DNA of 64,000 bases from an uncultured Candidatus Saccharibacteria bacterium (GTDB taxonomy: Bacteria; Patescibacteriota; Saccharimonadia; Saccharimonadales; UBA7683). Made by a program: the position numbers and the translations under genes. The DNA lies in the NCBI GenBank assembly GCA_964632215.1, contig CAZWBG010000001.1:495863-559862 (forward strand). The letters are read 5' to 3'. Of this stretch, positions 17,379 through 25,747 are shown in pieces. The notes beneath the pieces were generated by a model that had not been told where the DNA came from, ran no database searches, and saw only the letters and a list, made by a program, of their open reading frames with translations. Each line of letters opens with the position of its first letter. The stretch's first letter is position 1.

Positions 17379-17774
17379 ATGAAACGAATATCTCTACCCG
17401 GTTTTACCATTATTGAACTCCTGATTTTTATCACCATCTTACTACTCATAGGAGTTGTCGCCACCACGAGTATCCGTAATGTTCGGGCAGAAAACCGTGA
17501 CCAGACGCGCAAGGCTGATCTGAACACGCTCGATTATCAACTTGAATCTTTTTATGAAGAGAATGGTTACTACCCAGCAGTTTTAAATAGCGAAACGCTG
17601 CCTGGCGTTGATTCCGAGGCACTGCTAGATAATAAAAATAATGCCGTTGGTACACCTGGAAGTACCTATACATACACCGTTCGAGGCTGTGGCGAAAACA
17701 AGTGCAAGGGCTTCGAACTTAAGGTAGATCTCGAAAAAGAAGCGCCTTTTATAAAAACGAGTCTCAATCAATAA
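17379..17774 (+). CDS. Orphan type IV pilin-like protein
   Basis: MKRISLPG/FTIIELLIFITILLLIGVV prepilin signal. The C-terminal region has two Cys (RGCGENKCKG). The track ORF begins at 17241 but overlaps recA, so ATG 17379 is preferred. Confidence 0.75.
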   Translation: MKRISLPGFTIIELLIFITILLLIGVVATTSIRNVRAENRDQTRKADLNTLDYQLESFYEENGYYPAVLNSETLPGVDSEALLDNKNNAVGTPGSTYTYTVRGCGENKCKGFELKVDLEKEAPFIKTSLNQ

Positions 17775-17780
17775 GTAGCC

Positions 17781-18512
17781 CTAGTTACCGTATTCGGCAA
17801 TAGAACTCTCATGTGCTTGAATAGTGCGCCTTGCGAACTCGTATGGCTCACTTACTTGAGACAGAACGTGGTTGTTTTGTTCACCTGCAGTTTCTATAGT
17901 TACTTTCCCCATTTTAAATATCCTATCAAGTAAATGCGGTTGAGAAACGTTCACATCTTCTACGTTGGCGATGTTTAGTTGTGAAACCTGTCGACTGACC
18001 AAGCTATGATAATGAATGAAGACCACTTTTTGATTTGTGAGAATAAATCGACTTTTCTGGTATACCATTGCGTACACGTAACCAACCGTACCAACCATCA
18101 GCAGTACAATAAAAGTAACGACACTTGCCACGGCTATAACACCACCACCTGAGAGTCCTATACTAGCCAGTATTGACGAATCACTAATGAAGAAAATGAA
18201 GGCAAGCACAATGCCCATAAGTGCAAGTGCGGTCACGGCATAAATTATGCTCACACCTATCGGATGTCGCGTTGCTTGGTAAGTAATTTTCTCGCTTGGA
18301 TCGTGCTCAAATAGATTGAGGAACTCAGGCTTTACACCAGCCAAATTCTCACCTACTCCGTCGTACCCTGCCTCACCGTAATTTGGAGTTACCACTGTGG
18401 CTGTCGGCTGAAAGGGCTCCATCTTGGCAAATTCTTGTGGTGAACGAGATAGATCTTCGCTAGCAGATGACTGTGACGAGGGTTGCTGGTGGGGTTTTTT
18501 GCTTTGATTCAT
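17781..18512 (-). CDS. Membrane protein with bacterial PH (YdbS/YdbT-like) domain
   Basis: 243 aa with a Pro/Ser-rich N-terminus, two TM helices, then FILTNQKVVFIHYHSLVSRQVSQLNIANVEDVNV...KMGKVTIETAGE. Confidence 0.6.
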   Translation of the reverse strand: MNQSKKPHQQPSSQSSASEDLSRSPQEFAKMEPFQPTATVVTPNYGEAGYDGVGENLAGVKPEFLNLFEHDPSEKITYQATRHPIGVSIIYAVTALALMGIVLAFIFFISDSSILASIGLSGGGVIAVASVVTFIVLLMVGTVGYVYAMVYQKSRFILTNQKVVFIHYHSLVSRQVSQLNIANVEDVNVSQPHLLDRIFKMGKVTIETAGEQNNHVLSQVSEPYEFARRTIQAHESSIAEYGN

Positions 18513-18551
18513 ACTACCTCTTTCTTGATACTACTAGTATAGCAAGTTTGC

Positions 18552-19571
18552 CTACTTATCTGCAGCTGCCTGTACCTTGCCCAGATGTTTGTAAGCTTTG
18601 GCCGTAACCTTTCGTCCGCGAGGAGTTCGTTCCAGAAAGCCAATTTGTAGCAAGTACGGCTCAAAGAAGTCTTCAATTGTGCTGCGTTCATCACCCGTTA
18701 AGGCAGCTAGCGTCTCGACGCCGACTGGTCCTCCGCCATGGTTTTCAATAATCGTCTCCATTAGGCGTCTGTCTGCCGGATCGAGCCCAATATGGTCAAT
18801 TTCGAGTAGCTCCAGAGCTTTTTCAGCCGTGATGGTATCAATAATGCCATCCCCGTTAATATCAGCGTAATCTCGGGTACGTTTGAGTAGGCGATTAGCA
18901 ATACGTGGCGTCAGCCGAGCACGGCCAGCAATCTTCTGCGTTGCCTCTTGGTTAATGCTTACTTGTAAGATAGCGGCTGAGCGATCAATAATCTGACCAA
19001 TTTCTTCCGGAGTGTAGAAATCAAGTCGGTGCATAATACCAAATCGATCTCGTAGCGGAGCTGCTAAATCTCCCATACGCGTCGTAGCACCGATGATCGT
19101 AAACTTTGGTAAATCGAGCCGCAGACTTTTAGCAGTCGGACCCTTACCAAGCATAATATCAAGTTTGAAATCTTCCATAGCAGAATAGAGGACCTCTTCT
19201 ATACTGGTGCTGAGCCGGTGGATCTCATCAATGAAAAGAATGTCGCCGTCTTGTAAACTCGTGAGTAGGCTCGCTAGATCCGCCGCTCGGCTCACTGCAG
19301 GCCCGCTAGTAATTCTAATCTGCGCACCCATCTCGTGGGCAATCACACTCGCCATAGTGGTCTTACCGAGTCCTGGAGGGCCATAGAGTAGTACGTGGTC
19401 TACTGGTTCACCTCTTTTTTTGGCGGCACCAATAGCCAGCTTCAAGTTCTTCTTCAATCGCTCTTGACCAATATAATTACCGAAATCACGCGGTCGCAGC
19501 GTATTTTCTAACTGCTCCTCAACCTGGTCATCATCCGGAACACTTGTGTTTACAATTCTCTCAATCGCCAT
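18552..19571 (-). CDS. ruvB: Holliday junction helicase RuvB
   Basis: Walker [16 protein letters not shown], full-length RuvB-like sequence. Confidence 0.95.
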   Translation of the reverse strand: MAIERIVNTSVPDDDQVEEQLENTLRPRDFGNYIGQERLKKNLKLAIGAAKKRGEPVDHVLLYGPPGLGKTTMASVIAHEMGAQIRITSGPAVSRAADLASLLTSLQDGDILFIDEIHRLSTSIEEVLYSAMEDFKLDIMLGKGPTAKSLRLDLPKFTIIGATTRMGDLAAPLRDRFGIMHRLDFYTPEEIGQIIDRSAAILQVSINQEATQKIAGRARLTPRIANRLLKRTRDYADINGDGIIDTITAEKALELLEIDHIGLDPADRRLMETIIENHGGGPVGVETLAALTGDERSTIEDFFEPYLLQIGFLERTPRGRKVTAKAYKHLGKVQAAADK

Positions 19572-20236
19572 TAAATATTGGTCTTTCTATTAACTACAAT
19601 CTCACTGATCTCCATGCTCTTCGGTAGATCTAGGATCTGCTTTATACATAAGGCAACATCTTCAACAGGCATCCATTCTTCAGGTCTCTCTAGAGGCTTG
19701 TTGGTTACTTTCTCGTGCAAACGAGATTGAAAACCACCAACCATAAAGCTAACTACTCTACATCTAGTACTCTTTAACTCTGCCTGAAGGTTTTCAGTAA
19801 AACCCCTAACTGCCCATTTGGCTGTTGAATAAACTGATTGCTGTGGGCCACCCGCTCTCATGGCTATAGTTGCACCCACATTCAAAATGTCGCCTTCGTC
19901 TTGTTTAACCTTTGCCAGTAATCCAGAGGTAACTAGCATCATACCCGTAACATTAACCTTAAACATCCTATCCAGCTCTGATGGAGTAATCTTATCTATA
20001 TCTTCATAACTTACCACGGCTGCAGAGTTAATTAGTACTTCAATTCGCTCGTCAATATTACAAATCTGTTTTACAGCATCAGATATTTGGTTCGAATCTG
20101 TTAAGTCACAAGTTATGTTTATATCAGCCACTTCACTGTGTGTTCTTGAAATATTTACAACTTTCTTACCCGAATCTTTGTAAAGCTTAGCGACCTGCCT
20201 ACCGAGCCCGTCACTGGCACCTGTAATAACTATCAT
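19571..20236 (-). CDS. Short-chain dehydrogenase/reductase (SDR)
   Basis: TGASDGLGR cofactor motif and YSTAK catalytic Tyr-x-x-x-Lys. Confidence 0.8.
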   Translation of the reverse strand: MIVITGASDGLGRQVAKLYKDSGKKVVNISRTHSEVADINITCDLTDSNQISDAVKQICNIDERIEVLINSAAVVSYEDIDKITPSELDRMFKVNVTGMMLVTSGLLAKVKQDEGDILNVGATIAMRAGGPQQSVYSTAKWAVRGFTENLQAELKSTRCRVVSFMVGGFQSRLHEKVTNKPLERPEEWMPVEDVALCIKQILDLPKSMEISEIVVNRKTNI

Positions 20237-20850
20237 CTTAACCCTTTCGTGTCATTAATTTCAAATACCTTGAATTCACCTTCTTTGAGTGCATAGATTG
20301 GCAAAGATTTGTCACCGTAATTTTCTAACTCTTGATACGCAGCTTGCCAATCGACTGGCCCTCGCGGATCATCGACACCATATTCTGATTCGTAGTGTGC
20401 AATGGTCTTAATCGGTAGAATTCCAAGCCCATTCTTACACATCCGCCAATCACATGTCCAAAAACTCTCAGAAAGTATATGAGTACTAGCTGAGTTAGTT
20501 GCAACTACCTTATCTTCCCATATCTTAGGCAAGTCAAACTGCTCGAACCAATGACGCATGAGGTGATCGTCGCCACCATGAATATAGAGAACATCGCATT
20601 TTTTAATCTGCTCTTTAAAGGTTTCGGGAAATGCTAGTTCAAACTCAGGAGCAACTCCGTTAGGTGTCCAGTCTAGAAATCCTTCTTGGTATTTTGGAAA
20701 CTGTGTCTCCCAATCCTCTCTGGGCTGCGCAAAAAAACAGAATAGGACTTTAGGTTTTTCTCCAAGACCCTGAACCATCTCAGCCATGAACTTCTTGGCA
20801 CCGGAGATATTGTTCCGCAAGCCTCCAGAATTAAGGATATATTTTGTCAT
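20233..20850 (-). CDS. Peptidase S51 / PepE-like (class I glutamine amidotransferase-like fold) protein
   Basis: 205 aa. LYIHGGDDHLM and VATNSASTHIL resemble the PepE GGGN and Ser-nucleophile segments. Moderate, memory-based call. Confidence 0.45.
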   Translation of the reverse strand: MTKYILNSGGLRNNISGAKKFMAEMVQGLGEKPKVLFCFFAQPREDWETQFPKYQEGFLDWTPNGVAPEFELAFPETFKEQIKKCDVLYIHGGDDHLMRHWFEQFDLPKIWEDKVVATNSASTHILSESFWTCDWRMCKNGLGILPIKTIAHYESEYGVDDPRGPVDWQAAYQELENYGDKSLPIYALKEGEFKVFEINDTKGLR

Positions 20851-21425
20851 CGTGTTCCTTTTAGGGCTTGTTTTATGCGTTCTTCTACAGGAAGCAGGGG
20901 GTCGATATCTGCCAAAGCTTCAGCAGCGTCGTTCTCGCTGTAACCCAAAGTTATAAGAGCCATCAATGCTTCATCGCTCTGGTTAATACCGGCTCTACTA
21001 ATTAACTTTTCGGCGGCATCGCCAACTGGTGAGCCCACTTTATCGCGCAGCTCTACTACAATCTGCTCAGCCGCTCGCTTACCAACACCCTTGGCAGTGG
21101 TCAACAACTTTACATCGCCTTCAGCTATTGCTACCCGCACCGAATCTACACTACCAACATCTAAAATACTTAGCGCAACTTTAGGACCAACCTTTTTTAC
21201 GCTCAGGAGTTGTTCAAAGAGTTTCTTTGTCTCAAGATTAATAAATCCGTAAAGAGTGTGGGCATCTTCCTTTATGTGTTCGTGAATATACAGTCTTGCC
21301 TCCGTACCGCCTTGCAGCAGACCAAAATCTGAGAGCGTTACGGTCACACCATACCCTACACCACCGCACTCAATAACAATGCCGTCGTCTTTATCGGAAA
21401 CTATACCTCGAAGTGTTGCAATCAT
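20847..21425 (-). CDS. ruvA: Holliday junction DNA-binding protein RuvA
   Basis: MIATLRGIV opening, two helix-hairpin-helix segments (VKKVGPKVALSIL; AKGVGKRAAEQIV) and a C-terminal domain III. Confidence 0.9.
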   Translation of the reverse strand: MIATLRGIVSDKDDGIVIECGGVGYGVTVTLSDFGLLQGGTEARLYIHEHIKEDAHTLYGFINLETKKLFEQLLSVKKVGPKVALSILDVGSVDSVRVAIAEGDVKLLTTAKGVGKRAAEQIVVELRDKVGSPVGDAAEKLISRAGINQSDEALMALITLGYSENDAAEALADIDPLLPVEERIKQALKGTR

Positions 21426-21513
21426 ATCTAATAGTATATCAGCCTATGGCTCGTACTATTCATATAGTCTAGTATTAGCGATATACACCGAGCCTATGGC
21501 AGGCTCTTTTTGG

Positions 21514-21657
21514 CTAGTCGGCAAGCATTAAGGAAACCGAAGTAGCAATTTCCTGCACTACCTTAAGACGATGTTGGCGCTCTTTCTTTTTGATGAAAGT
21601 TTTTAAGTATTTTTCAAATTCTGGGCTATTTGAAGCACCTTTTAACTGCTCGGGCAT
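21514..21657 (-). CDS. Candidate small protein (47 aa, Lys-rich)
   Basis: Not in the track because it is under 60 aa. ATG at 21657 is preceded by AAGGAG with an 8-nt spacer. Translation: MPEQLKGASNSPEFEKYLKTFIKKKERQHRLKVVQEIATSVSLMLAD. Confidence 0.35.
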   Translation of the reverse strand: MPEQLKGASNSPEFEKYLKTFIKKKERQHRLKVVQEIATSVSLMLAD

Positions 21658-21730
21658 GGCTCGATCTCCTTTTGTTTGTGTTTTTATGATTACTATTTCA
21701 TAGTAGCAAAAATACTTATGTTTGTCAATA

Positions 21731-22192
21731 CTAATATGTAAATGTCAAGGCAGCGGCCAAAGCGTCGGCGCAATCATCTGGCTTTGGTACTTCAGCAAGC
21801 TTTAGATGTACTCGAACCATCTCTTGAACCTGTTTCTTATCTGCCCTACCATCACCAGTGGTAGCCTGCTTTATTTGCAAGGGCGTGAATTCTACAAGTC
21901 GCAACCCCATCTGCTCACCAAGCAATAATATAACGCCGCGGGCTTGTGCAACTGTCATGGCCGTGGTCACATTACGGGCAAAAAAGAGTTGCTCTACCAC
22001 CATAACGGTTGGTTTAGTGGCTTCAATGATTTCTTTCAGCTCATCATAGATAGTTACCAGGCGCTCGCTGGCTGGCTGATGAGCTGGGGTACGAATTACC
22101 CCTGCATCAACGAAGGACTTTTTTTGGCCTGTAACATCAATAACACCAAAGCCAACAATACCAGTGCCGGGATCAATCCCGAGTATTCGCAC
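21731..22192 (-). CDS. ruvC: Holliday junction resolvase RuvC
   Basis: MRILGIDPGTGIVGFGVI opening and RuvC-like length (153 aa). Confidence 0.9.
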   Translation of the reverse strand: MRILGIDPGTGIVGFGVIDVTGQKKSFVDAGVIRTPAHQPASERLVTIYDELKEIIEATKPTVMVVEQLFFARNVTTAMTVAQARGVILLLGEQMGLRLVEFTPLQIKQATTGDGRADKKQVQEMVRVHLKLAEVPKPDDCADALAAALTFTY

Positions 22193-22481
22193 GATTCATA
22201 CCTTTTTGTATAATCAACCAGATAACGCTAAGTGATACACCTGTAGCCCCTAGCAGCACGAATATCGCGAACCAAACATTTGACTGTTGGAAGACCATAT
22301 CGGTACCCTGTTTGACAACTATCGGTCGGGGCCAGCCATAGGTTGTACGCTCCATGCACTGGGGAGGATAACTAAGCAAACAGAACTCTTCCTTGCGTGG
22401 CCAGGCACTAATAACAGCTACTGTGATTATCATAAAAAATAGCCAGATGATGCTCATGAGTACAAGTTTTGTCTTTTTCAT
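22173..22481 (-). CDS. Small membrane protein, unknown function
   Basis: 102 aa with two TM helices. Overlaps the neighbouring genes at both ends. Confidence 0.5.
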   Translation of the reverse strand: MKKTKLVLMSIIWLFFMIITVAVISAWPRKEEFCLLSYPPQCMERTTYGWPRPIVVKQGTDMVFQQSNVWFAIFVLLGATGVSLSVIWLIIQKGMNRANTRD

Positions 22482-23278
22482 AGAGTTACCTTTGCCCCCT
22501 GTACAATCTTGAGTAGTTCACCGTGAATTCTACCATTGCTCACAATGGCTCCGTTAATTTTTTGGTCGTAGCGCTGCTCGTTGCCCTCAAGATCAGTGAC
22601 TATACCACCTGCCTCTTTGACAATCAGTTTAACTGCTGCCACGTCGTGCGCATCTTTTCCTTCAAATATATACCCATCAGCTGAACCCGAGGCAATTAAC
22701 ACGCCAGCAAAAACTGCCGCTTGAGATGAAAATAGCCCGATACCCTCTGCATAAAGGCGTGTGGCAAGCTCATGTTGGTCTAATATATTAAGCTCAGCTG
22801 GTGACCCCTTACGGATTAGGCGAGTACCTCTACTCCATACACGACTTGAAACCTGTAATTTATGCGCACCAAGCCATGCACCCGAAGACTCAGCGGCATA
22901 AAATAGCTCATTGGTCATTGGGTTATAGGCAACTGCTACCTTTGTTTCGCCATCTACTACATAAGCCAATGAGAACATAAAAATAGGTGTGTGTAAGAGG
23001 AAAGAAACAGTTCCATCAATCGGATCACAGACCCAAAGGTTAGATCGTTCTGGATGCCAACTTTCTTCTTCGCCCAAAATTCCATGATCAGGAAAGTTTT
23101 CTTTGATTTTTTCTATAACTAGTTTGTTGATCTCTTTATCTGCCACCGTAACTGGAGAGTTACCTGTTTTCATCTCAACCAAAACACTCTGGCCATAGTA
23201 GCGCTTCATAATTTCACCAGCTTCAATGGCGAGATCTTTTGCAAAATCCAGATACGTTTGTAGATCTTCATTCTTCAT
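22478..23278 (-). CDS. Inositol monophosphatase family protein
   Basis: GEEES metal-binding motif and WVCDPIDGT motif. Confidence 0.85.
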   Translation of the reverse strand: MKNEDLQTYLDFAKDLAIEAGEIMKRYYGQSVLVEMKTGNSPVTVADKEINKLVIEKIKENFPDHGILGEEESWHPERSNLWVCDPIDGTVSFLLHTPIFMFSLAYVVDGETKVAVAYNPMTNELFYAAESSGAWLGAHKLQVSSRVWSRGTRLIRKGSPAELNILDQHELATRLYAEGIGLFSSQAAVFAGVLIASGSADGYIFEGKDAHDVAAVKLIVKEAGGIVTDLEGNEQRYDQKINGAIVSNGRIHGELLKIVQGAKVTL

Positions 23279-23374
23279 TACCTACTAGTATAGATGGCAT
23301 CTACAAAAAACGAAAACCAGAAGTGTTCTGAAGAGTCTTATGGTTCTCGAATCATCTTCTGACAGTCAGTCTCT

Positions 23375-24907
23375 TCATCCCGATGGTCGAGATCCGCCAG
23401 ACTTGTCTCGTAATCTCACGATGAAGTTTTTGATATCGTTGCGATATTCATATAGCCCATAGCCCACGGCCATCAACGTCACGACAATAATGATCCAGAA
23501 ATTGAGCCTCACCGGATTGATAGCAGCTGGCTGTGAGAGTGTACCGGTGGCAGTCCCCGAACCTGCACCGGTTGCTTTTCGACAGCGATTGGTTGCAGGG
23601 TTGCGTTCGTAGCCAGGCTGGCAAGGTGTCGGACTCGATGAAGTCGCGGCTACTTTACGGCATCTGTTAGTTTCCGTGTTTCTCTCTTCTCCAACTCCAC
23701 AAGGCGCAAGTACTGAAACAGCACCTGCAATCTTGCGACAACGATTCGTCTCGGAATTACGCTCTTCCCCTGGATCACAAGCAGCCAGTGTGGCCTCGGC
23801 AGTTTCTAAATTCTTACATCGATTCGTTTCAGGGTTCCGATATTTGCCTTCTGGGCAAGCCGCAGATTCAGCCTCACTCACTACCGCCTCTAGTTCAGGA
23901 AGTATTAGTTGATTTTCAGCACCAGGCGTGGCGCTTAGTGTGAGTTGCCAGACACCTTGTAGCGACATCCACGCCGTATCATCAGCAAGATGAGCCGGAT
24001 ACTGTACTACTTGTTTGGTTGTCGGTGTAATAAATTCTACGGTTCCATCCGCACTATTGGGTAATGTTAAACCATAAAATGCCTGATAACCTGGTTGTAT
24101 GTAGCCTTGCAATATTTTTTGAGCAGAACCAACCCTTAGCACGCAATCAGTAAGGTCTATGGGTTGTGAGGTAGTATTGTGCAGCTCTATAAATTCTGTA
24201 CCCGCATCACTACCAGCAGGATTAGGTACGATCTCGCTAATTTCAATACCCTGACATTGGGCCACGGGCAAAGAGATAAGTGTACAGTCTCCACCCGCCG
24301 TTATTTCATAGCCAGCCGGGAGATCTTCTTGCAAACCAGAAAGATTCAGACAACTATCAAGTAGGCTCACTTGAAAATCATTGAGATTATGACCCGTGTC
24401 TACGAGCTGATCCTGAGTAGTTGTCTTCCTTGTCAAAAACTGCGTGCTTAATGGAACAGGTGCCGGTTTGCCCTTGAAACAAGGTGAATTACTCTGAGTA
24501 GATCCCCATCCAACCAAATCGTGTACAAGACTATCTTGTCTCAACCGCAGAGATCCGCCAACATTATCGTTTAGACTCACTGCAAACTGTGCTTCACTCT
24601 TGGCTGACAGCTGACCACTCAAGCCCACTTCGCTTGTTGCTGAGGAATTATCGCTGACCTTCCAACTCGGCACGTTACAGTCGGGAAGATGTGCGCTTGG
24701 TTTGGCATATTCCAATACCCAACCCGTCAGATCTAGCGGCTCGTGAGTCGTGTTATATAGTTTCACGTATTCTGTAAGCTCACCCGAAACAGCACCGCCC
24801 AGTTTGATTTCATTTATCAAAACAGTCGAAGCTACAGCCTGGGCGGGAAGCGATACTGCTACAAAAGAAATGGAAAAGAATACAACAGCCAAGATAAATC
24901 GCTTCAT
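23375..24907 (-). CDS. Secreted protein with two lamin-tail domains and four Cys-bracketed repeats, C-terminal TM helix
   Basis: Signal peptide. LTD-type segments VLINEIKLGG...EYVKLYNTTHEPLDLTGWVL and ISEIVPNPAGSDAGTEFIELHNTTSQPIDLTDCVL. Four repeats of the form C-x2-G-x-[YE]-R-N-x-[EA]-T-N-R-C-[KR]-[KN]. TM helix FWIIIVVTLMAVGYGLY. Confidence 0.75.
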   Translation of the reverse strand: MKRFILAVVFFSISFVAVSLPAQAVASTVLINEIKLGGAVSGELTEYVKLYNTTHEPLDLTGWVLEYAKPSAHLPDCNVPSWKVSDNSSATSEVGLSGQLSAKSEAQFAVSLNDNVGGSLRLRQDSLVHDLVGWGSTQSNSPCFKGKPAPVPLSTQFLTRKTTTQDQLVDTGHNLNDFQVSLLDSCLNLSGLQEDLPAGYEITAGGDCTLISLPVAQCQGIEISEIVPNPAGSDAGTEFIELHNTTSQPIDLTDCVLRVGSAQKILQGYIQPGYQAFYGLTLPNSADGTVEFITPTTKQVVQYPAHLADDTAWMSLQGVWQLTLSATPGAENQLILPELEAVVSEAESAACPEGKYRNPETNRCKNLETAEATLAACDPGEERNSETNRCRKIAGAVSVLAPCGVGEERNTETNRCRKVAATSSSPTPCQPGYERNPATNRCRKATGAGSGTATGTLSQPAAINPVRLNFWIIIVVTLMAVGYGLYEYRNDIKNFIVRLRDKSGGSRPSG

Positions 24908-24967
24908 AATTCTTATGATAATAGAAGCTTTTTAACCTGGTCAAAGTTTTAAGCGAAAGTTAATAAT

Positions 24968-25696
24968 CTAGGCGATTGTAATATCTTCAGAAATCACAAA
25001 ATTACTAAACACATTCGAGACATCATCTAGATCATCTAGCGTGTCCATGAGTTTAATGATTTTACGGGCAACCTCAGGTTCAGTGATGGTAATTGTGTTG
25101 TTGGGCACATACTGAAGCTCAGCACTTTCAATTTCAAGACCTGCCTCTAGCAATGCCTGGCGAGTCTTGGCTAACTCTTTTGGTGCAGTGTAGACAATTG
25201 TTTCGTTGTCTTCTTCTAGCGCATCGTCAGCACCAACTTCCAGTACAATCAATAGCGTTTCCTCACCTACTTGCTTAATGCGAATTACACCCCTGCGAGT
25301 AAACTGAAAACTCACGCTACCAGATTCAGCCACTGTACCGCCATTCTTCGTGAGTGCCGTACGAACCTCTGGGAAAGTTCGGTTTCGATTGTCAGTCGCA
25401 CACTCTATAATCACACCAATACCACCCGGGCCGTAACCCTCGTACATAACCTCTTCCAATTGGGCTGAGCCTTTATCTTTTACTCGGTCAATTGCCCGCT
25501 GAATGTTGGCCAGTGGCATATTAGAGTTTTTGGCCTGCTCAATTGCTAACGCTAAACTAGAGTTACTAGCTGGGTCAGTACCTGCTCTGGCCGCAATAGC
25601 AATCTGATTTCCGAGCTTGGTAAATACAGCGCCGCGCTTGGCGTCGGTGGCTTCCTTCTGACGCTTGATGGTTGACCATTTGCTGTGTCCGGACAT
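24968..25696 (-). CDS. YebC/PmpR family transcriptional regulator
   Basis: MSGHSKWSTIKRQK opening and full-length YebC-like sequence. Confidence 0.9.
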   Translation of the reverse strand: MSGHSKWSTIKRQKEATDAKRGAVFTKLGNQIAIAARAGTDPASNSSLALAIEQAKNSNMPLANIQRAIDRVKDKGSAQLEEVMYEGYGPGGIGVIIECATDNRNRTFPEVRTALTKNGGTVAESGSVSFQFTRRGVIRIKQVGEETLLIVLEVGADDALEEDNETIVYTAPKELAKTRQALLEAGLEIESAELQYVPNNTITITEPEVARKIIKLMDTLDDLDDVSNVFSNFVISEDITIA

Positions 25697-25747
25697 ATCT
25701 TCTCACTTCCATATATTAAGCAGTACCTAGGACGTTGGTTGCATCTA

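Noticed and set aside
18509-18694. 61-aa minus-strand ORF overlapping the 3-prime end of ruvB
   Set aside because: It is an out-of-frame overlap with a well-supported gene and has no motifs.
21441-21500. 10-nt repeat AGCCTATGGC at 21441-21450 and 21491-21500
   Set aside because: It is short enough to be chance or part of a local hairpin. There are no further copies or context.
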